Shown here: one piece after another, positions 9,472 to 19,443 of the stretch
Layout: each line of letters opens with the position of its first letter
How positions within the stretch are numbered: the first letter of the stretch is position 1
IMG/VR virus record: IMGVR_UViG_3300009151_000061
Location: 8,424-72,423 of that record
DNA length: 64,000 nucleotides
Reading direction: 5' to 3' (one strand)
DNA from: a virus
Program-made: the position numbers and the translations under genes
Notes under the pieces: model-generated
Database searches by the model: none
Told to the model about the DNA's origin: nothing
Seen by the model: the letters and a program-made list of their open reading frames with translations, nothing else

Positions 9472-9965
9472 TATTGTTGTGATTTGTTATTATTTGACTT
9501 ATTCTTTGGTTTCTTTCTGTTAGACTTTATATCCTTAACAGTTTCTTCAACCTTCTTAACTTCATTCTTAACTTCGTTAGTCTTAGCTTTAACCTTAGTC
9601 TCAACCTTCTTAACTTCATTCTTAACTTCGTTAGATTTGTTTTTAACCTTCTTAACTTCATTCTTAACCTTAGCTCTAACTTCCTCAACCTTAGTTTCAA
9701 CTTGTTTAACTTCAGCTTTAACTTCTTCAACCTTAGTTTCAACTTGTTTAACTTCTTCTTCAACCTTAGTTTCAACGATTTCTTCAACAGGTTTAACCTC
9801 TTCAATGATCTCTTCAACGCTATCTACGATAGAATCAATCTTATCCTCAACAACTTCAGCAAAGTCTTCAACTTTCTCTTCAATGTTTTGAGCAATTTCC
9901 TTAATTTTATTTTTTGGATTTATTTTTGATAACAACCAATTCCACATTTTTTTAAAATTTACCAT
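9471..9965 (-). CDS. low-complexity K/E/V repeat protein
   Basis: VETKVEE and NEVKNEVKK repeats; amphipathic N-terminus. Confidence 0.65.
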   Translation of the reverse strand: MVNFKKMWNWLLSKINPKNKIKEIAQNIEEKVEDFAEVVEDKIDSIVDSVEEIIEEVKPVEEIVETKVEEEVKQVETKVEEVKAEVKQVETKVEEVRAKVKNEVKKVKNKSNEVKNEVKKVETKVKAKTNEVKNEVKKVEETVKDIKSNRKKPKNKSNNNKSQQ

Positions 9966-10019
9966 AGTTTCAATTTTTTTATATATATATATATTCTAAC
10001 ACATGATGTCCCTTTATAA

Positions 10020-10046
10020 AAACTTGGACATAGTAAAATAATATAA
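10020..10046 (+). promoter_or_regulatory. putative phage middle-type promoter AAAC-N18-TATAA
   Basis: Same fixed spacing recurs upstream of several replication and metabolism genes. Confidence 0.5.
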
Positions 10047-10052
10047 TATGTA

Positions 10053-11693
10053 ATGAATCTACGCTATGATAAAGAACAAGAAAAATTTGTAGTCGCTGGA
10101 GCAACCAGAATAGAATATCACCAACTAAACCTTTGGTTAACAAGACATGTCAAGGGTTATAGATTCATGCCTGCCTTTAAGATGGGGGTTTGGAATGGAC
10201 AAACATCTTACTTTGATAACGGAAAAGTTAACTTAGGTCTTTGGAAGGAATGTTGGAAAGCTTGTAAGGAAATAGGGGTTACATTTAACATTGAAAATAA
10301 AGAGGACTTCCCTCTAAATAGAGAAGTTACATTAGAAGGACTAACTGAATTTTGTAAGGACTTCTACAAACAGTATAAGGTTAAAGACAGAAAAACCGGT
10401 GAGTGGATTCCATTCATGCCGTATGACTATCAGATTGAAACTGCTTTTAAAATACTTAGGAATAGATACTGTATGGCGGAAGTTGCCACTTCAGGTGGTA
10501 AATCCCTAGTTATATCTATTGTCATCTTTTACATATTAAAGAATATGAACCCAGATGCTAAATTTTTAATTATAGTTCCTTCTATTACACTAGTTACTCA
10601 GTTCTATGAAAATATTATGGAGTATAACTATGGTAATAATTATTTAGATAAATACAATAACACTGTAGAATTCAGAGACCATCTTATTGATGCTATCCTT
10701 AATGACGACCCAAACTATAAGCCGTGTCATATCAGAATGGAAGAAATCATGTCGGATAAACCACGTAAATATACCGGACCTTCTCAACCAAATATTTATA
10801 TCGGATGTTATCAGTCATTAGAGAAATGGCCAAAGGAATTCTTCCATCAATTTCATACTGTCGCCTGTGATGAAGCACACGGTGCAAAGGCAACCACTTT
10901 AACAACTATTCTTAAAAGAACTTTTGGACATGCTTATAACAGGTTTGGAGTTAGTGGTACATTCCCATCTGACGACACATTAGAGATACTAACTATTCAA
11001 TCTGTATTAGGGCCAAAAGTAACCCAGATTGAAGCATCTGCTTTAGTTAAGTCTGGTACGATTACTCCTATGGAAATAAGGGCAGTTATACTAAATCATG
11101 CAACCGGTGAAATGAATGATAGGTTATCTGCTATAAGAAAGATGGGTGCCGGTGCAGAGGCTTACAGATATGAGATGGATTATATACAACAATCAGAAAA
11201 AAGATTGGAGTTTATAAAAAAGATGGTCGATAAATGTACTAGCAATACCCTGTTATTATTTAACACTATTGAATATGGTAAGAAGATCGTCAATAAACTT
11301 AGAGAAGATCTAAAGGATAAGGAATTCTATTATATTGCCGGTGAGATTAAGAATAAGGAAAGAGAAGCTATTAAGAAAGCAATGGAACGAACCGATGGTA
11401 AGGTTATTGTGCTGGTTGCATCATATGGTACACTTTCAACAGGGGTTTCCATCAACGCTATCTTTAATGTCATATTTGCAGACTCGCCTGGTAAATCCGA
11501 GGGTAAGATTATTCAATCAATTGGTAGGGCTTTAAGAAAACATGATGACAAGAAAATAGCAACTATTTTCGATATAGTAGATGTATTCGATCCAAAAGAA
11601 CTAAATAATACATTATATAAGCATTTCCTAGAGCGAGAAAAATACTATAAGAATAGAAGCTATCCGTGTAAGGTTATTAAAATGAATCTTTAG
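10053..11693 (+). CDS. uvsW: UvsW-like SF2 DNA helicase
   Basis: GYRFMPAFKMGVWNG, ATSGGKS (Walker A), CDEAH, GVSGT, STGVSI, QSIGRALR. Confidence 0.9.
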   Translation: MNLRYDKEQEKFVVAGATRIEYHQLNLWLTRHVKGYRFMPAFKMGVWNGQTSYFDNGKVNLGLWKECWKACKEIGVTFNIENKEDFPLNREVTLEGLTEFCKDFYKQYKVKDRKTGEWIPFMPYDYQIETAFKILRNRYCMAEVATSGGKSLVISIVIFYILKNMNPDAKFLIIVPSITLVTQFYENIMEYNYGNNYLDKYNNTVEFRDHLIDAILNDDPNYKPCHIRMEEIMSDKPRKYTGPSQPNIYIGCYQSLEKWPKEFFHQFHTVACDEAHGAKATTLTTILKRTFGHAYNRFGVSGTFPSDDTLEILTIQSVLGPKVTQIEASALVKSGTITPMEIRAVILNHATGEMNDRLSAIRKMGAGAEAYRYEMDYIQQSEKRLEFIKKMVDKCTSNTLLLFNTIEYGKKIVNKLREDLKDKEFYYIAGEIKNKEREAIKKAMERTDGKVIVLVASYGTLSTGVSINAIFNVIFADSPGKSEGKIIQSIGRALRKHDDKKIATIFDIVDVFDPKELNNTLYKHFLEREKYYKNRSYPCKVIKMNL

Positions 11694-13168
11694 TTCTTAG
11701 TTTTTTTAACCTGATTAGGATCATATTTAATTCTAATAACAGTTGATATTAGACTAACCTTTCTACTCTTTTTATATACACCACCGCCTTCTCTAGACCC
11801 TTTCTCATCTGTATTACCCTCTATGGTATCAACTCTACCATCTTTAAGTGTACCTACTGATAAACCTATATGACTGAAATTAAATATTATTATATCACCT
11901 GGTAATATACTAGTAAATGGTGATTTATAAACTTCTACAAAGCTTGAGTTATTCGTCGCCCAGTTTCTAAAGTCATAAGCACCGGCTGTTTGTGGTAGCC
12001 TGAATGAGTGTGGTATTCCCTTTGACGCAACAGTTTTAAACAGATAACATATAAATGCCGCACACCAAGCAAAACCAGAACCTTTTAGGAAGGTTGATCT
12101 CTGATATAATGATTCGACTTGTGGTCCACTATTTTCGTTTGCACTATAGTGTTTTCCTTCATATGACCACTCCAGTTCCTTTACTCCAACCTGTGTATAA
12201 GCATGTTTAACCATTTCCTGAGCAAACTGGTTTGTTATTCCCGAAGAAGGTCCTACTGAAGGGTCATTATAAACTGGTGGAGTTGTTGGAACTTTAGAAT
12301 CATTAGTAGGGTCGTTAGTTATATTAGCTTTATTATTTTCGTCAACTTTAGGCTTAAAGTCTTCAGAATTTGCATCAACTGTAGATTCACTATCCGTATT
12401 AAAGTCTTTTGTAGATTTTTTGAATGTATCTCCATATTGTGGAGTATTTTGTCTATTCTGAGCATTATCACTAACTGTAGATACTTTAAAGTTATCGTTT
12501 ATATAAACATTGTTTGACAAGAACTTTGGATCTCTCAATGTTTTATATTGGTTTAAACAATCAATTAACTCTGGGTTTGCAACTACAGGTGAACCTAAAT
12601 TACCTAAATATGGACCATCATTTGCTCCCAATAAGTTATCAACTAATGTATCAAACCAGTTCATAAAATTAGTACCAAGTATTGCTTGTTGATCCGCATT
12701 AGCGTCCCCCAAAGACAATTTTCCTTGATTATCCTTTAGGTTTAAATCAATAGTTTCTGATTTTATGTTAATATTATTATACTTATAGTCGATCATCAAC
12801 CCATCTGTGTCATTTGAGAATATCTGTGTCTTGTGATCAAACATAAGAGATCTCATGGAAGTATATTCTGATGTTGATAAACTATCTAACTTATCCTGTA
12901 GGTTTCTATTATAATGTTGAGCGAATATATATTCCGGTTTATATGGATTACCATCATCAAATACAACTGATAAAACCTTACCAACTTCGGGTAGTATGAA
13001 CATATTACCATTAAGATCTTTCCAAGGGGTTGCCCATGGTAGGTCTTCCTTAGGTATATCTTCATACACGTTCATAACACGTACTTTAATTCTACCTATT
13101 TTCTGTGGATCTTCGTTGTCCTCAACAACTCCAACAAATATTTGATTTTTTAATTCTTCTCTTGTCAT
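11690..13168 (-). CDS. baseplate hub/spike protein (gp5-like OB domain) with C-terminal CHAP-like peptidoglycan hydrolase
   Basis: FVGVVEDNEDPQKIGRIKVRV...DLPWA N-terminus; AWCAAF...HIGL...TIEGNT C-terminus. Confidence 0.8.
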   Translation of the reverse strand: MTREELKNQIFVGVVEDNEDPQKIGRIKVRVMNVYEDIPKEDLPWATPWKDLNGNMFILPEVGKVLSVVFDDGNPYKPEYIFAQHYNRNLQDKLDSLSTSEYTSMRSLMFDHKTQIFSNDTDGLMIDYKYNNINIKSETIDLNLKDNQGKLSLGDANADQQAILGTNFMNWFDTLVDNLLGANDGPYLGNLGSPVVANPELIDCLNQYKTLRDPKFLSNNVYINDNFKVSTVSDNAQNRQNTPQYGDTFKKSTKDFNTDSESTVDANSEDFKPKVDENNKANITNDPTNDSKVPTTPPVYNDPSVGPSSGITNQFAQEMVKHAYTQVGVKELEWSYEGKHYSANENSGPQVESLYQRSTFLKGSGFAWCAAFICYLFKTVASKGIPHSFRLPQTAGAYDFRNWATNNSSFVEVYKSPFTSILPGDIIIFNFSHIGLSVGTLKDGRVDTIEGNTDEKGSREGGGVYKKSRKVSLISTVIRIKYDPNQVKKTKN

Positions 13169-15534
13169 TATAATCTATTGTTTAATCTAGGGTCACTTGG
13201 ATTTGTAAAGAATCCTCTAACTGAGTCTCCCACAAAATTTATGAAGTCTGAATAATTACCATCATTATAATATTCATCATAAACATTTGTTGGTGGGGAT
13301 ACTACCATACCAAGAGAATCACTTCCCAACGTAATTGAAATTTCACCCAATGCCTTATTTAGTAGAGCAGTAGTTGCTAGTATAGCAGCATTACCGATAC
13401 CAATCACTTCCTTTAACATCTCACGCTTTAGTTTATCCCATGGTGAACCAGATACAAAAAGAGAACCACCATTTTGATTTAATATACTATCCTCATCTGA
13501 CATTGTTGTAAATGAGTCCATCAATGCCATTTCAACATTAGATCCTTGGTTTGTTCCAGTATTTACACCAAATCCAGTATCATCTTGTCCTAAGAAAGTT
13601 CCATCTTCATAGAATGCGCTTCTATCATCAACTAAAGTTGTATATGAATCCTTTAATGCGATTTCAACATTAACTCCGGATCCTGGTTGGTTTGTTCCAG
13701 TATTTACACCAAATCCGGTATCGTCTTGTCCTAAGAAAGTTCCATCTTCATAGAATGCACTTCTATCATCAACTAAGGTTGTATATGAATCCTTTAATGC
13801 GATTTCAACATTAGCTCCCGATCCTGGTTGGTTTGCACCAGCATTTACTCCGAATCCACCACCTAGAAATGTACCATTTTCACCTTCCGATTCTGATTTT
13901 GACTTTTTATCCAAAATTCCTTGGATAGACGAAGACAACGCTATTTCAACATTAGCTCCCGATCCTGGTTGGTTTGCACCAGCATTTACACCAAACCCAC
14001 CACCTAGAAATGTACCATTTTCACCTTCCGATTCTGATTTTGACTTTTTATCCAAAATTCCTTGGATAGACGAAGACAACGCCTTTTTAATATCATCAGC
14101 ATAGTTTGATTGTTGCACTTTACTGACTTTCGATTCCTGAGTGGTTGTCTTTGTTTTATCAGCAGCTCTCAATGATTCTATAGTGTCACCCTGTGAACTG
14201 GTTCTAATAGGACCGGAAGACTGTATATTCCAAAGATCCAATGGTGTTATGTTATTACTATGCTGAATACCACCCGGTCCTATAGATGAGTTATTAGTAT
14301 TTATAGATGATATTTTTCTACCTAAAGAAGAGTTGTCAATATCTATTTCAGTGTAATATTTTTCTATATTATCTGGAGATAGATCAGAATCTCTTGTTAT
14401 TCTAGAAAGTGGACCCGGATCATAGAATTTAGTAAACTTCATTGTTGAGTTCTTATAGTTAAACTTTACATCATATGAATCAGCATATGCTGGTGCCGTC
14501 ATATCTAATGAATCACCATGTGGTAAACCAGTAAAAAAGAACTGACACTCATACAATCTATAAGTATATTTAGATATATTATCAGCATACTCGTTTAATA
14601 CATAACTATTATCTAATCCAGTATTTACATTTTTACCAATCTCTTTAATAACCCTATTATATTTCCTAACTTCGGTTACCGTTATCTCAACATCAAATCT
14701 TAATAGATTCTGTGGTATTATTGACTTACCATTTATTCTTGACCACCAAAGTTGCTTATATAATGAACTTAGATATCCTATGTTCTGTGATACGTCCTCC
14801 CAAAATGTTAGAGATATAAAGTCTTTACCATAATCAACAAATGATTTTATCTCTGAACCATCCGTAGACTCGGTTAGCTTATCCAAACCAGCTATCTTCT
14901 TCAAATAATAAACTTTAACTCCGGTATTTGAATTACCATCTTGAGCTCTCTTTGGTATAAATTCAGGCGGATTATAAGATGTTCCGTCTGAGTTTGTCTT
15001 CGAAGGATTATCATTCTTTAAAAATTTAAATAACTGGCTTCTAAAAGCGTCTAAAATGGATTGCCTTGAAGCAATCTCCGAATTCCAAGCACCAAGCGTA
15101 GATATAAATTCATCTATATCACCATTAAATAGTGGTGACTCATCAACTAGTATTTTTATATCAAATCCAAGCATTGTTGGATCTTCATTATCATCTAAAG
15201 TTCTAATGAATGAACCTAAATAAGCATTAGAATCATTATTTAACTCACCTATTTTTTTCTCTGCTTTTGTCCCGTTATATGAATCCTGAAAATCCAACAA
15301 GTGAGTAAATTGTTCCGTACCAAAGTCTTTAAACCGATCATATACTAATCTTCTGATTTCAAGAGATGTTTGAGTTGTTCCATTTGCATAACCGTGTGTA
15401 TTAATAGAATGACCAATCTCAACATATCCTTCTGGATTACTTATACCCACGTAAGTACTTTTTTTATTATTCGGATCTATTATATAGTCACTTGGTGGTG
15501 TAAAACCTAATGGGGATTTTTCTTTACTTGGCAT
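13168..15534 (-). CDS. putative virion structural protein with internal tandem repeats
   Basis: Lies in the baseplate block; TAATATATA at 15555-15563 (-). Confidence 0.6.
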   Translation of the reverse strand: MPSKEKSPLGFTPPSDYIIDPNNKKSTYVGISNPEGYVEIGHSINTHGYANGTTQTSLEIRRLVYDRFKDFGTEQFTHLLDFQDSYNGTKAEKKIGELNNDSNAYLGSFIRTLDDNEDPTMLGFDIKILVDESPLFNGDIDEFISTLGAWNSEIASRQSILDAFRSQLFKFLKNDNPSKTNSDGTSYNPPEFIPKRAQDGNSNTGVKVYYLKKIAGLDKLTESTDGSEIKSFVDYGKDFISLTFWEDVSQNIGYLSSLYKQLWWSRINGKSIIPQNLLRFDVEITVTEVRKYNRVIKEIGKNVNTGLDNSYVLNEYADNISKYTYRLYECQFFFTGLPHGDSLDMTAPAYADSYDVKFNYKNSTMKFTKFYDPGPLSRITRDSDLSPDNIEKYYTEIDIDNSSLGRKISSINTNNSSIGPGGIQHSNNITPLDLWNIQSSGPIRTSSQGDTIESLRAADKTKTTTQESKVSKVQQSNYADDIKKALSSSIQGILDKKSKSESEGENGTFLGGGFGVNAGANQPGSGANVEIALSSSIQGILDKKSKSESEGENGTFLGGGFGVNAGANQPGSGANVEIALKDSYTTLVDDRSAFYEDGTFLGQDDTGFGVNTGTNQPGSGVNVEIALKDSYTTLVDDRSAFYEDGTFLGQDDTGFGVNTGTNQGSNVEMALMDSFTTMSDEDSILNQNGGSLFVSGSPWDKLKREMLKEVIGIGNAAILATTALLNKALGEISITLGSDSLGMVVSPPTNVYDEYYNDGNYSDFINFVGDSVRGFFTNPSDPRLNNRL
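13525..14082 (-). repeat. in-frame ~141-bp tandem repeats in A-A-B-B' arrangement
   Basis: 13801-13941 and 13942-14082 are near-identical. 13660-13800 and ~13525-13659 are near-identical apart from a 6-bp deletion. Confidence 0.9.
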
Positions 15535-15560
15535 TTTATAAGAGAGATTTTATGTATATA

Positions 15561-18500
15561 TTATTTAAAGTATTCTCTTATTTGTAACCAGTTTTTACAT
15601 CTTGATTGGAATCCATTATATCCACCATTAATACCTAGACATATCATTGTGAAGTTAACAAAATTGGTGTCATTTGGACTAAAATAGGTAGCTATATCAT
15701 TAGGATTCTTCGTAGTAAAAATTCCATATTTTTTGACAGCTTTTTTACTTTGTTCTACATTTTCTGGTAGATCTTCTATAGTTGTGCCTCCAAAGTTAAA
15801 TGGTTTCTTTATATCCATTTTATCAGCATATTTATTTAGATCTCCCCTAACACTACCCTTTAACCAAAACCAAACAGATGCATTTATAGCATTCTGTATT
15901 TGATCAGGAGTATCTGCATAACGTTGATGAACCGGATTCTCTGCTGATAACAAAGAAGTATCATTTACAAAATCTTGATTGAAGTATTGACTAGCCTTAG
16001 AGTAGTTATTTCTACCAGTTATTTGTAACAAACCTCTACCCTTGTACTTTACCCCATCTCCGGTTTTAGTATTACCCAAATCTTTTCTTGCTTCATATTG
16101 AGAACCGGCTGATATTCCTCTCTCCGTAGTATAAAATATAAATCCACTCTCAATACTTACTTGAGATAGAAATGCTGCTATCCTTTCTTTAGATGTTATT
16201 CCATTCTTAATAAGGGCATTTTTAAGTGGTTCATACCATAACTCAACTATCTTAGGTCTAGCCTTATATAGTTCTCTAAATATATCCTTGGTTAATGGGA
16301 ATTGTGTATCATCTATTGGTGTACTTGATGTAGCACCAGGTGTAGTGCTTTGTGTTGCACTAACTACTGGGTTCTCATTAATCACACCATTATCATTTGA
16401 TGTTTTTTCACCACCCGTATTTTGGGCTGGTTGATTTTGTGTTGGTTCTTTTGCTAATTCTTCTGGTGACAATTCAAGCTCCCTTTTAAGAAGTTTAACT
16501 ACTTGTCTAAATGACTTACCATCATAATTATATGATATATCAACTATTAACCACTCACCAGTCAATCTATTGTTTATCTGTGGGGCAGAAGGAGTTGATA
16601 TTTGATTAGATAAGAATAGGAACACCTTTTGAAATCTATAAATATTAAAGTTTGGTGTCTTCATTACAATTTCCAGTCCTACCTTTTGAAGATCTACTAT
16701 ATTCCTAGTATTCTGCACGTAAGAGTAATGATAGTTTTGGTGAGTATTATCCGTATCAATTCTACCAGTATATAAATATTGAGTATTATCATTATAAAAG
16801 GATTCATCATTTGGAGCACCTTTTAATATGATACTCTTCTGATCTGTATCGGTAATAGAACCAACATCAAATATTAAAAATGACTTAGCCTTCTCGTCAT
16901 AGTATTTCATCTTTGTCTTATATCCCTCTTTAATTGAGGTTGCGGTTGAGTTATTTAAAACCTTATAACTCTCAAAGAAGATGTTTGACTCAGCCATTGA
17001 TAAGTCATTTGTTAAGAATAACTTTGATACTATTTCTGGATTAGAAGTTTTAAGAGCATCTTCAATACCAATATTTCCAATACCCAAGTCTTCCTTTATA
17101 TTTCTACTTAGTTCCTTTTCAATATCTATGTAGTTCAAGTTATAGTAATAATCGATATAGAAATAAAGAAAAGATTGATCTGACTTATATGAAGTTTCAA
17201 CAATAGACTCAATGAACTCAATCGATCTTTGACCTGTATTCAACCACTTCATTGAATCGTTAGTATCATCAAAGTTACTATTAAATCCAAGTCCAGACTC
17301 CTTACATATTGACTGTAAAGTATAAAAACTGGTTGAGTTGTATGACTTAAACGTCTTTAAGTATAAGTAGTTAACATCTAAAACTCCACTTATAGAGTAT
17401 TCAGATCCATTTATCGAAAATTTAGTAATCTTAAACTGTAGAAATATTGGTTTAACCTGTTCACTCCTTGCATTTATAAATACTTCTATTTTAGAATCAT
17501 CTAATGGAAAAGCTTTATCCTTCATAAGATTTAGTGAATCAAAGAAAATTATCTTAACAGTTGGTAGATGTTCTTGTATAGATAGATTAAAGAATCTAAT
17601 ATCATTATACTCAATTTGATAAGAGTTATACCATATAAACGGTATATTACCTAACCCTTGAACAATTTCATCTTGAGCATCCTCACCACTAGGTAAAGGC
17701 ATCACAATAGGATTTGGTTTTATAGTTGCTGGGAATATATTAACATTGGTTAGTATCTTACCATCTAGGTTTTTTGGTTTATTCTGATTACTATTGATGT
17801 CATTACCTGTTCTTGCTTCTCTACCTTCTTCTTGAGCTTGTTGTGGAGTTTGAGATGATGTAGCACCGGTTGGGGTAGAACTTGGTGGAATGGGTCCAGC
17901 CTCTGTACCTTCAATAAGGGTAAGTTGTTGCATCACTCTGGCATAGAATAGATCCGCATATTTTTTAGCTCCTTTACCAGATATAGCTAATGCTACCTTT
18001 CTTATTGCATCTTTTAAATTATTATCACTTTGACTAGGATCAATATAAAGATAATCAATACCCTTTTTAGCATATGCACCACCTGATTTGTTATGAACAT
18101 AGACAGCATAGTTAGCAACTATTGAGTTAGTCTTTTGAAATAAATCATCCCACTGTGTATTCGTTGACGCACTTGCAATTTTATCTAAATTACCACCGTA
18201 TTGACTCCAATTTTTCTTAACATTTAGAATTACAGAATCATTACCGGTATACGATAGAACATAACTTATTATTGGCTTATATGCTCCCCTACCAGTTGTT
18301 TGAACAAATCCTCTTCCCCTGAATTTAAAAAAGTCAGCTTCTGTTATAAATGTATTTGGTATACCAGATGGATCAACTGCTTTTGAACTTGGTGTTGGGG
18401 TAGCAAATCCAGTTGGGAATACTGTACCACTCCATGCGGTATTGGTTGTGTTTTTTAATATGCTACCAAAAGGTTTAGATCCGTGCGCTAATATATAAGT

Positions 18501-18932
18501 AGAGTCACTGAATAAATCTAAAGATTTTTTATTAGTATCTAAAGTATTGTATGATACCTTTGTACCTGGTATTGAATCAAACGCATATGCTATACCTGGG
18601 TGACCAGATGATCCAATATCATTAACCCCCTCTGTTACTGGGGAGAATAACCCACCATTTTCATTCATTACAATAGAGTCTAAACAAAGAAACTCTATTA
18701 GATTAATATTATCCCTACCATATATTATTTTATAATTAGACCAAAACTTATTCCAGTTAGATGGATTTTTTAGTTTGACTCCAGTCACCTTCCCGTTCGA
18801 TACGGTAAGCCAATTATCTTTTTCAGCAATCTTGGTATTAAACCAATCAGCAAATCCTTTAGATCCAATTTTTTGGAAGAAAGCATCAATATCGGATACA
18901 CTTGAGAATGTTGTTGTTCTATATTTAGGCAT
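15561..18932 (-). CDS. tail/baseplate-associated protein with two GH19 (chitinase/lysozyme-like) domains
   Basis: FRGRGFVQTTGRGAY near the N-terminus. IAAFLSQVSIES, YKGRGLLQITGRNNY and INGGYNG near the C-terminus. The central region may be baseplate-hub-like. Confidence 0.75.
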   Translation of the reverse strand: MPKYRTTTFSSVSDIDAFFQKIGSKGFADWFNTKIAEKDNWLTVSNGKVTGVKLKNPSNWNKFWSNYKIIYGRDNINLIEFLCLDSIVMNENGGLFSPVTEGVNDIGSSGHPGIAYAFDSIPGTKVSYNTLDTNKKSLDLFSDSTYILAHGSKPFGSILKNTTNTAWSGTVFPTGFATPTPSSKAVDPSGIPNTFITEADFFKFRGRGFVQTTGRGAYKPIISYVLSYTGNDSVILNVKKNWSQYGGNLDKIASASTNTQWDDLFQKTNSIVANYAVYVHNKSGGAYAKKGIDYLYIDPSQSDNNLKDAIRKVALAISGKGAKKYADLFYARVMQQLTLIEGTEAGPIPPSSTPTGATSSQTPQQAQEEGREARTGNDINSNQNKPKNLDGKILTNVNIFPATIKPNPIVMPLPSGEDAQDEIVQGLGNIPFIWYNSYQIEYNDIRFFNLSIQEHLPTVKIIFFDSLNLMKDKAFPLDDSKIEVFINARSEQVKPIFLQFKITKFSINGSEYSISGVLDVNYLYLKTFKSYNSTSFYTLQSICKESGLGFNSNFDDTNDSMKWLNTGQRSIEFIESIVETSYKSDQSFLYFYIDYYYNLNYIDIEKELSRNIKEDLGIGNIGIEDALKTSNPEIVSKLFLTNDLSMAESNIFFESYKVLNNSTATSIKEGYKTKMKYYDEKAKSFLIFDVGSITDTDQKSIILKGAPNDESFYNDNTQYLYTGRIDTDNTHQNYHYSYVQNTRNIVDLQKVGLEIVMKTPNFNIYRFQKVFLFLSNQISTPSAPQINNRLTGEWLIVDISYNYDGKSFRQVVKLLKRELELSPEELAKEPTQNQPAQNTGGEKTSNDNGVINENPVVSATQSTTPGATSSTPIDDTQFPLTKDIFRELYKARPKIVELWYEPLKNALIKNGITSKERIAAFLSQVSIESGFIFYTTERGISAGSQYEARKDLGNTKTGDGVKYKGRGLLQITGRNNYSKASQYFNQDFVNDTSLLSAENPVHQRYADTPDQIQNAINASVWFWLKGSVRGDLNKYADKMDIKKPFNFGGTTIEDLPENVEQSKKAVKKYGIFTTKNPNDIATYFSPNDTNFVNFTMICLGINGGYNGFQSRCKNWLQIREYFK

Positions 18933-19432
18933 TATTGTATAATCATTTGGTTTCTACTCCTATCTATTGTTATAGCTGGTTGCGGTACTTCATTAAATGT
19001 TGGTGGTAATGAGTAATTCTGGTCGACAAAATCCTGTCTATTAGGATCAATTTTATTAATCTTATTAGCATTTAATAAGGTATTTCTAGCATCAACATTC
19101 TGACTAGATTTGACTCTAAAATTATCTATATTTTGAGCATCGGTATATAATATTGTATCTCCAGCCATTATATTTAATGGGTTATCAATGTCATTAAAAC
19201 TCAGGATGAAATCTAAATATTCTGTTGTAGAATAAATACTATTTGATACCAAGTCAATTCGCATCTCGTTCTCAGGTGAAACTGTTGAGTCAATCACACT
19301 ATAATTTTTCATCATTTGAAAGGTTGGTTGGAAGAGATCATATAAAGGATCATTAGTTTTCACTCCCGAAGCATCCACACCAGCCAGTTGCTGATTACTA
19401 ATGGATAATTTATCTATATCATATATTTTCAT
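18932..19432 (-). CDS. baseplate wedge protein, gp53/LysM-like
   Basis: EMRIDLVSNSIY...ILSFNDIDNPLNIMAGDTI. Confidence 0.65.
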   Translation of the reverse strand: MKIYDIDKLSISNQQLAGVDASGVKTNDPLYDLFQPTFQMMKNYSVIDSTVSPENEMRIDLVSNSIYSTTEYLDFILSFNDIDNPLNIMAGDTILYTDAQNIDNFRVKSSQNVDARNTLLNANKINKIDPNRQDFVDQNYSLPPTFNEVPQPAITIDRSRNQMIIQ

Positions 19433-19443
19433 ATCTTAAAATT

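Noticed and set aside
9460-9929. Overlapping ORFs 9460-9891(+), 9527-9817(-) and 9702-9929(+)
   Set aside because: Shadow frames produced by the low-complexity repeat gene 9471-9965.
13525-14082. CRISPR array or DGR template/variable repeat pair
   Set aside because: Units are contiguous in-frame 141-bp coding repeats with no spacers, and no reverse transcriptase or cas gene is in the window.
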